Virus record (IMG/VR): IMGVR_UViG_3300048574_000253
Span: 1 to 24,393 of that record
Strand: one strand, 5' to 3'
DNA length: 24,393 nt
Source: a virus
Lineage: Duplodnaviria > Caudoviricetes
The notes below the pieces were generated by a model. That model was not told the DNA's origin and ran no database searches. It saw only the letters and a list, made by a program, of their open reading frames with translations. Shown one piece after another: positions 16,611-23,369 of the stretch. Position numbers and translations under genes: made by a program. Position 1 is the first letter of the stretch. Each line of letters opens with the position of its first letter.

Positions 16611-16819
16611 CGGCGGGGCCGCTGAAGGTGCAGCTCGCCACCGCCAGGGCCCGCGACGGGGTCGTCAGCGTCAGCGTCATCGCCGAGGCGGCGGAGATCG
16701 AGCTGGTCTTCCCGCCGATGGCCGCGGCCCGGTTCGCAGCCTTCTTCGTCGAGGCGCTGGGGCAGCTGGCGGTGGGGGCCGTCGGGAAAGGATCAACGCT
16801 GGATTTGCGGGTCAAGTAA
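16607..16819 (+). CDS. 70-aa hypothetical protein
   Basis: ATGA overlap with the upstream gene; MTAGPLKVQLATARARDGVVSVSVIAE...; high GC3. Confidence 0.55.
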   Translation: MTAGPLKVQLATARARDGVVSVSVIAEAAEIELVFPPMAAARFAAFFVEALGQLAVGAVGKGSTLDLRVK

Positions 16820-16844
16820 TTGTGCCATAGTCGAAACCGACCCA

Positions 16845-17762
16845 CTAGGCGACCGCGACCACCATGTTCTGTGATTGGATATAGCCCGATCCAATGTGAT
16901 TTTCGATCATTTTGAAGGCTCCGGCCTGCTCGAAAGTAATCATGCTGGCATGATGTACCGAAAGAACGCGGTCTTGGAGCGTGGGGTCTGCCTCTAGATC
17001 TACAACCTTAAGACCAATCGACTTCGCTTTGGCTCGGTGAATATGGCGACTATGGGTCTGTGTAGCTCGATTGCTGCCAAGTTCCGCGATTATCTGAGCG
17101 ACCTTGGCGTCAACTTGGGGGTCGCCCGCAAACATATTCGAGCGTAGACTTGCATCAACTACGGATTCAGCCATCTTAATTGCATGTTGAACCTGTGTGA
17201 TAAAGCCAAGATTGTATTTTTGAATGATTGGCTGCCATATGTACGCCATTGAGTTGTTATTGTTTATTTCGTTCTTTGCGCGCTCAAACTCTTCAATTAT
17301 CGCCTGCGCGGGAGTTCCATTAATTTGGGGGTCAAATGGTCCCAAATTTGAGTGGAGTCCCATGATGATCTCTTTGCAAGAACACGCAATCATCGATCCG
17401 CCAGACATGGCCATCTGAGGAATGATGGCGCGGATATCGTTGTTAAATATTTGACGTAAGTAATCGATCAACGACTCGGTGGCCGACATGTCGCCGCCGG
17501 GGGTGTGCAGTATCAAGTCCAGCCCGACTCCTTTTGGAAGTCGGTGAATGACAGACATGAAGCCGTTTTTGTCATTGTCGTTGATTCCGAACTCCATTGG
17601 CGCAGCACCAGGGCTGTTCCGTTTCTGGAGCCATCCGGAATAATAGCTAATAACGTTGCGCTTGGTATGACGTGCAAGCAGTCTCAGATACTTCCGACGT
17701 ATGACGTCAGTCGTGTGACCGCTCCTGCGGACCTCGTTCAGAATCTCGCCCCAGTTCGGCAT
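16845..17762 (-). CDS. SDH-family ClpP-fold serine protease (S49-related)
   Basis: 305 aa from ATG 17762 (purine-rich RBS GAGAGGGG); LDLILHTPGG, AMSGGS (Ser), LGPFDPQ (Asp), THSRHI (His); clearly AT-richer than the flanks. Confidence 0.88.
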   Translation of the reverse strand: MPNWGEILNEVRRSGHTTDVIRRKYLRLLARHTKRNVISYYSGWLQKRNSPGAAPMEFGINDNDKNGFMSVIHRLPKGVGLDLILHTPGGDMSATESLIDYLRQIFNNDIRAIIPQMAMSGGSMIACSCKEIIMGLHSNLGPFDPQINGTPAQAIIEEFERAKNEINNNNSMAYIWQPIIQKYNLGFITQVQHAIKMAESVVDASLRSNMFAGDPQVDAKVAQIIAELGSNRATQTHSRHIHRAKAKSIGLKVVDLEADPTLQDRVLSVHHASMITFEQAGAFKMIENHIGSGYIQSQNMVVAVA

Positions 17763-17925
17763 TGCCCCTCTCGCCCTGCTGTCGCACGCTGTTGACTGCG
17801 TGCTGCTCGACAGAAACTGCGGGGGACAGCGTGGTGGTCGTGATACGCACGCACATGCTATCGAACTTCTTGTCGGCGATGAACCCAAAGAAGTCCGCCA
17901 AGTCGCTCGGAGCGCTCGTGTGCAT
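17707..17925 (-). CDS. 72-aa hypothetical protein overlapping the protease start
   Basis: Strong RBS GGGAGG 5 nt before ATG 17925; MHTSAPSDLADFFGFIADKKFDSMCVRITTTTLS...; overlaps the protease gene by 56 nt. Confidence 0.55.
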   Translation of the reverse strand: MHTSAPSDLADFFGFIADKKFDSMCVRITTTTLSPAVSVEQHAVNSVRQQGERGNAELGRDSERGPQERSHD

Positions 17926-18165
17926 TTGGTCCTCCCAGGTCGTAGCCGGCGCGCTTATGCGCGATGACCACACATCGCGTGGGGCCGTACTGCGACTCTC
18001 GACCTGAACCATTGATGAATCGTTAACGATTTGCAACTGCCAATTGCTGCGCATTCATTCGACACGCGTGCCGACCTGCTGCGCTTGCGTGGGCGTGGTG
18101 GCTTTCGACGCCAACTTGTTCCCATCCTGGAGGGCGACTGACTGGTAACGCCACCGACCGCGCTA

Positions 18166-18279
18166 TCAGCCTCGCCCGCGCCAGGCGGTAGCAATTGGCG
18201 TCGGCGGCCGGATCACCGGCACCTTCGACGGCACGACGCCGATCAGCGGGATGGCAATGGCCTGCGGTCTGGTCTTCAT
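18166..18279 (-). CDS. 37-aa peptide
   Basis: MKTRPQAIAIPLIGVVPSKVPVIRPPTPIATAWRGRG*; ATGA overlap with the upstream Zn-finger gene; RBS GGAGAG. Confidence 0.4.
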   Translation of the reverse strand: MKTRPQAIAIPLIGVVPSKVPVIRPPTPIATAWRGRG

Positions 18280-18704
18280 CGTGGCTCTCCTTTTCGCGGC
18301 ATGACCCGTGGCCAGTCCGGCATGCGCTGCACCTGGTGGCCGCCGCACGCCGAGCATGTCGGCCGCCGGCCGGCCGTCGGAAACCGCTGGTGGTCCTTCG
18401 CGCCCATAGCCTCGAAGCTCAGCACGCCAGACTTGCCGCAGCCGGTGCACCAGAGCCGCATGCCGGTGACGCCCTGGCTCTTCAGGTGGCCGATCGTCGG
18501 CGGCGCCGCGCTCTCGCGCCTCTCGCTTGAGTCGACTACCCGGGTGCCGTGGCGGAGAAGGACGGTGCGTCCCGGCCGCTCACCGCGGGCGGCATCATAG
18601 GCGGCGCGGGCGACGACCATGTTCTGGGCGACGGCGATCGTCTCGCTCAGACGCTCGCCATCCCAGATCTCCACCGTGAAGGGGCTCTCGACCTTCCCAC
18701 CCAT
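18276..18704 (-). CDS. Two-domain hypothetical protein with C-terminal C4 Zn finger
   Basis: 142 aa from ATG 18704 (RBS GGCGGAG); WCTGCG...TCSACGG. Confidence 0.72.
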   Translation of the reverse strand: MGGKVESPFTVEIWDGERLSETIAVAQNMVVARAAYDAARGERPGRTVLLRHGTRVVDSSERRESAAPPTIGHLKSQGVTGMRLWCTGCGKSGVLSFEAMGAKDHQRFPTAGRRPTCSACGGHQVQRMPDWPRVMPRKGEPR

Positions 18705-18851
18705 CTCCGCCCGCCTGTGCCATCCGAACCGGGCAGGCGGGGCGGCGGCGCGCAAGCGCCACCCACTGCGGGACAAGCCGGCAAGCAACCCCCGCATCGC
18801 CTGACCACGTTCCGTGAAAGCGACCCGCCGCACGCACCGGTGCGCGGCGGT

Positions 18852-18880
18852 ACGCTATCTTGTTCCCGGAATGTTCTCAA
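18852..18880 (-). promoter_or_regulatory. Leftward sigma70-like promoter overlapped by an alphaproteobacterial LexA box
   Basis: Minus strand TTGAGA-N17-TAGCGT; GTTC-ccggaat-GTTC at 18862-18876 matches GTTC-N7-GTTC exactly. Confidence 0.7.
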
Positions 18881-19725
18881 TGGTCCCTGTGAATGACGGC
18901 TCCCGCCGGGTGCGCCCGGTCCATCCCGCTGCGGCCTATATCGGCGGCAAGAAACAGCTGGCCCGGCGCCTCGTCGCCATGATCGCGGCGGTGCCGCACG
19001 AAACCTATGCCGAGCCCTTCATCGGCATGGGCGGCGTGTTCCTGCGCCGCGAGCGCGCGCCGAAATGCGAGGTCATCAACGACATCTCCGGCGATGTCGC
19101 GACCTTCTACCGGATCCTGCAGCGGCACTATGAGCCGTTCATGGACATGCTGCGCTGGCGCGTCACCGGCCGGGCGGAGTTCGAGCGGTTGATGGCCACC
19201 GACCCGGCGACGCTGACGGACCTCGAGCGCGCCGCCCGCTTCCTCTATCTCCAGCGCACCGCCTATGGCGGCAAGGTCGCCGGCCGCAGCTTCGGCGTCT
19301 CGCCCGGCACGCCCGGCCGCTTCGATGTCGGCCGCCTGGCGCCGATCCTCGACGAGCTGCACAACCGCCTCGCCGGCGTCGTCATCGAGCGGCTGCCCTA
19401 TTCCGAGCTCATCCAGCGGTATGATTCCCCCGGCACGCTCTTCTACCTGGACCCGCCCTACTGGGGCAGCGAGACGGACTATGGCGCCGGCGTCTTCGGC
19501 CGCGAGGACTTCGCAAGCCTCGCCGCTCAACTCTCCGGGATCTCCGGTCTGTTCATTCTCTCGGTCAACGACGTGCCCGGCACCCGCGAGGCCTTCGCCG
19601 CGTTCGACATCGAGGGCGTGGACCTCACCTACACGATCGCTGGCGGGGAGGGGACCTCGGCCAAGGAGATCATTGTCTCGTCGAAGGGGCTTCCGCGAGA
19701 GGCCCTGACGATGACGCTGCTCTAG
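18871..19725 (+). CDS. D12-class N6-adenine DNA methyltransferase (solitary); start uncertain (18871, 18880 or 18889)
   Basis: YIGGK, YAEPFIGMGGV (SAM binding), EVINDI and FYLDPPY (catalytic) motifs. Confidence 0.93.
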   Translation: MFSMVPVNDGSRRVRPVHPAAAYIGGKKQLARRLVAMIAAVPHETYAEPFIGMGGVFLRRERAPKCEVINDISGDVATFYRILQRHYEPFMDMLRWRVTGRAEFERLMATDPATLTDLERAARFLYLQRTAYGGKVAGRSFGVSPGTPGRFDVGRLAPILDELHNRLAGVVIERLPYSELIQRYDSPGTLFYLDPPYWGSETDYGAGVFGREDFASLAAQLSGISGLFILSVNDVPGTREAFAAFDIEGVDLTYTIAGGEGTSAKEIIVSSKGLPREALTMTLL

Positions 19726-20257
19726 CACTAGAAGTCATTATATCGGTCGATCTATCCTTGGGCGGAAGGGAACAGATATGCACCGAGCGATTTGAACCAT
19801 CTGATTTGGGCCTCACTAGGCCGCACCGAATTTGGGAGATCGAGCCTGATTGTGTTTCCCTCGTCGGACACGAATGTTGAAGGCGCGGTAGGCCATTGTC
19901 ATCGCTGGGTGAGCGTGCCCACCTAATGCCGGCTATTGCAAGCCCGCTTGCAGTTCCGGCTGATGTAGCTCTCAACGAATTTCCGGCCTCTTGGCACGCT
20001 TCGTCTCCGGCTTCTTCTTCAATGGCAGCTAGGCGGTGCGCGCGGCGACAACAATCGATGGGGGGTCAGACCCCTGTTCAACCTTGTGCACGGGAGACAG
20101 CTGTACCGACCGCAACCGACGCTCCCGGCGCGCAACTGTGTAGGTATTGTTACGCCCCACCACTTCAGCGTGTATATGGGGATAACTGCTCGGTCGCCTC
20201 TTGCGTCCGACAAACGTCGCCAGCGCATAATTGCCCCAAGGGGAGAGGGGCACGAGT

Positions 20258-21949
20258 ATGTTTAGGCGGATAGCAATTTTAAGTGCGTGCGTTCTGTCTT
20301 CAATGTTGAGCGGCTGTGCGGGCATTCGGGAAGAGCTATCCAATCGTGGCGGCTTTGTAGATGCACAGGCGGACTATTGGCTATATCCTGCCAATCGCCC
20401 AGGTCCACGCGTCCTTCGCGCCTACGCGCTTCAAGCAGGGCTGGTTCAGCTAATATCGACCGCGCCCGTAAGCAGCACAGCGCGCGCCGCGATGCTAAAC
20501 CAAATCATCAATGCGAACGACCGGTTGCGAGAGACGATGGTTTGCGCTGCAAGCGAGCAGTGTTTCTACTTCGATACGGTAATGAATGAGTACGAGGACT
20601 CGCTGCTTCAGCTCGCAATTATGGCGTTCGATACCGAAAGCCGACGAAATCTTCTGGCGCGCGCTGCATCATTTGCAACCGGCTCGCGGGGGGCGGGTAT
20701 TGCGGTGGGAGCGATTCTGGCCGTGGCGGCCGATGGCTTCAGAGCGGGAAGATCGGTTGGCGCCTTGTATCGGGACTTCGCTGCAATGCAGGTGCGCTTC
20801 TTTCTGAATGAGTCAACCGTTCCCGGTATGCCGGGCTATCCGGATGCGAGAAGCCGAATTCAACGTGCATTCGAGTCCTCACCATCTGACATTGAAACTT
20901 GGCGCGTAGCTCTGAGTGCTGCTTACGCCGCTGGCTACGAAGCTCCGGCCACCGCGGCCAACTTCAATATGATCAGAGGGTTTGTCGGATACTCATGTCG
21001 GAACGTCGGCTTTAACGACGAGGGGGTTCGCCAGTGCATTGGCAATATCAATTTCCCAGTCGCAGCGACGATGCTGCCGCTGGGGTCGGTCGTCCCACCC
21101 AACGACCCGACCGCGGGATCTGATATCTCGGCAGATGACGCAACAGGCATATTCACCGTACCCTCGCGGAGGTCAGGTGGCGTGACGACACAACGACGCC
21201 CGGCGGCTGTCCCAGTAGAGCCCGCGCCGCCACCACCAGAAGCCGCTCCGAGAGCGTCTCTCCCGGCTCGGCCTGCGCCTGCGGACCGCAGCTCGCCGCC
21301 AGGGGCTCTCGCTGGCCCCATACCCGGCTCGGCCGGCGAAGCGGCGGAGAGCTTCGCAATCGGCTCCTGGAACACCCGAGGGCCCAACTCCGCCGCATAT
21401 GAACGGTGGCGGCAGATTATTCTCTCGGAAATTCCCCAGACTTCTCCGCTCATAGCAACGGTCCCCGGCGGGATTGAGACATTCTGCCCCTCCTTCCAAA
21501 AAGCAAATGTAGAACAGAGAAGGGCGATCTGGTTTGGGCTGTTGTCGGCATTAATCTACGAAGAGAGCAGTTACAGACCAAGCTTAGTGAATAAAGAGGT
21601 CGTGTCAGGCGGCGATGAGGTGCTGAGCTCCGGCCTCCTTCAACTCTCCATTCGCTCTGCGCAGCAATCGCAGTATCGATGCGAGATACGTGATCAAGCC
21701 GACTTGCTTGATCCCGAGCGCAATTTGCGGTGCGGAGTTCGCATCGCGACCTATCACGTTGGCCAGGCTGGGCGTGTCGATGGACGCGCCGTCAGCGCCA
21801 ACGGTCGCACTACATGGCTAGGCCTCGCTAGCTATTGGGGGCCACTCCGCCACACTGGCGACAACGCCCGGTCCACCGCTCGGCGCTTGGCATCGAGGGC
21901 ACGCATTGCGTCATTTACCAAGTCCCTTCCTTACTGCAATATTCCCTAG
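20258..21949 (+). CDS. Lipoprotein with C-terminal lytic transglycosylase (SLT) domain
   Basis: 563 aa; lipobox LSGC (Cys20); Pro-rich linker; LIYEESSY (catalytic Glu), SGLLQLS and LLDPERNLRCG motifs. Confidence 0.8.
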   Translation: MFRRIAILSACVLSSMLSGCAGIREELSNRGGFVDAQADYWLYPANRPGPRVLRAYALQAGLVQLISTAPVSSTARAAMLNQIINANDRLRETMVCAASEQCFYFDTVMNEYEDSLLQLAIMAFDTESRRNLLARAASFATGSRGAGIAVGAILAVAADGFRAGRSVGALYRDFAAMQVRFFLNESTVPGMPGYPDARSRIQRAFESSPSDIETWRVALSAAYAAGYEAPATAANFNMIRGFVGYSCRNVGFNDEGVRQCIGNINFPVAATMLPLGSVVPPNDPTAGSDISADDATGIFTVPSRRSGGVTTQRRPAAVPVEPAPPPPEAAPRASLPARPAPADRSSPPGALAGPIPGSAGEAAESFAIGSWNTRGPNSAAYERWRQIILSEIPQTSPLIATVPGGIETFCPSFQKANVEQRRAIWFGLLSALIYEESSYRPSLVNKEVVSGGDEVLSSGLLQLSIRSAQQSQYRCEIRDQADLLDPERNLRCGVRIATYHVGQAGRVDGRAVSANGRTTWLGLASYWGPLRHTGDNARSTARRLASRARIASFTKSLPYCNIP

Positions 21950-21958
21950 ATCCGGGCA

Positions 21959-21980
21959 CCAAGCTCGCCATGGGGCTTGG
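21959..21980. terminator. Hairpin after the SLT gene (possible terminator)
   Basis: CCAAGCTC...GGGCTTGG, 10 nt after the stop, between convergent genes; no U tract. Confidence 0.3.
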
Positions 21981-22197
21981 CAATGACTTCAAGCGGCCGT
22001 TACGAGATCAGGCGCGCGACGCCAACAATGCCGTATGGACAGTCGAGGTGCTGGTTTGAGTTTCAGCCAGACACGGTTGGACGCGGGCAGGCATCCCTGT
22101 GGGCCTCGCGTCGGGAGGTCAAGTTAATCCCGGCGCGGCTGCCGCCCCCTACGGCGGTAGGTCAACCGGTGACCCCTCAAAACGTGATGGGCAGCGG

Positions 22198-23283
22198 CTA
22201 GCCTTTCGCCGTGTAGGTGGCTACCCACTGCCATCCTGAATACTTGTCGCCACGCTCCCGAATGTGCGTGTAGCGCTGCAGGGACATCCAGGATCGGTGT
22301 CCGGACGATGCCGCCACCTGGGGGATGCCCCGACCCAATTCAAAGAGCCTCGAGACGCCATCGTGCCGCAGATCGTGGAAGTGCAGGTCGTGGATCCCGA
22401 GGATCTTGCAGGCCCGGGTGAAGGCGGCACTGAGCGACCGCGGGTTGTATGGGAAGACGCGGGTGTCGGTCTTCGGCATGGCCTTGATGATGCCGACTGC
22501 GGTCGGATCCAGATCGCACCAGACGTCGTTGCCGGCCTTTTCTCCAGGGCTCTTCATGTCGCGAACCAGCACGCGCGTATGCGTCTCGTCGAAGTCGTCC
22601 CAGGTGATCCGGGTGATTTCCTCGAGGCGACGGGTTGAGAAGATTGCGAAGGCGCAGATGACATGCATCGGCGCCGAGTCATCGCGGTGCGCCGATCGTC
22701 TCTCGAAATGCGCCATGATCCGGTCCATCTCGTCGATCGTTGGGCGCCTCTCGCGGCTTGCCGACTTAGCGGTATAGCCGAGCCGCCGGCAGGCCTTCAT
22801 CGCCTTCTTCAGCACCATCTCATCGAGCGGATAGCCCCAGGCGGTTTCTGCGATCGCGTAGACCGCGCCGAGGTGGGCCATGTAGTTGGCAACCGTCTGC
22901 GGCTTACGCCCTCCCGCCTGGTCTCTGGCATAGTCGAAGAGATCGCTGGTGGTGATAGCGTCGCAGGGCTTGGCGGCTAGATCGTGATTCTTGATCGCGT
23001 TCAGGACTTGAGTCTTGGTCCGCCCGATAACCTTGCCGTTCTCGCTGATGTAGCGGCTGACGGCATCGTGGAGAGTGACGACCCGGCGGACGGTCTTAAT
23101 CGACTCCAATGCCCCCGGCTTCGCCAGCTCGGCTTCGCGCTTCCTGATCCAGGCCGTCGCTGCGGGGCGCCTGTCGAAGGTCTTTGTTTCGCGAAGGATC
23201 GACTTCCCATCGCGCATGACCGCGATCTGCGCCATATAAGCGGTGGAGCCGTCCTTGCGCTTGCGCTCGACGATGGTGCCCAT
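22198..23283 (-). CDS. int: Tyrosine integrase, dusA-associated type
   Basis: Catalytic signature STRRLEEI / HFHDLRH / GHRSW..LQRYTH; N-terminus MGTIVERKRKDG; divergent from dusA. Confidence 0.95.
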   Translation of the reverse strand: MGTIVERKRKDGSTAYMAQIAVMRDGKSILRETKTFDRRPAATAWIRKREAELAKPGALESIKTVRRVVTLHDAVSRYISENGKVIGRTKTQVLNAIKNHDLAAKPCDAITTSDLFDYARDQAGGRKPQTVANYMAHLGAVYAIAETAWGYPLDEMVLKKAMKACRRLGYTAKSASRERRPTIDEMDRIMAHFERRSAHRDDSAPMHVICAFAIFSTRRLEEITRITWDDFDETHTRVLVRDMKSPGEKAGNDVWCDLDPTAVGIIKAMPKTDTRVFPYNPRSLSAAFTRACKILGIHDLHFHDLRHDGVSRLFELGRGIPQVAASSGHRSWMSLQRYTHIRERGDKYSGWQWVATYTAKG

Positions 23284-23286
23284 GGA

Positions 23287-23326
23287 TTTACAGCACGGCC
23301 AGAATTTCTACAGCGCGTGCTGTAAA
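23287..23326. repeat. 11-bp inverted repeat plus an internal direct copy upstream of int
   Basis: TTTACAGCACG (23287-23297) and CGTGCTGTAAA (23316-23326); TACAGCGCG at 23309-23317. Confidence 0.75.
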
Positions 23327-23369
23327 CGATATCGGAAACGGTGGCAAACGAGCCGAAAACGTGACAGGA

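Noticed and set aside
17763-17888. 42-aa N-terminal extension of the protease
   Set aside because: Family-like sequence and RBS begin at 17762.
19670-20343. Several 69-125 aa ORFs in the methylase-SLT spacer
   Set aside because: No RBS, motifs or coding bias; mutually overlapping.
21977-22201. 74-aa ORF between the SLT gene and int
   Set aside because: No clear RBS or recognisable features.
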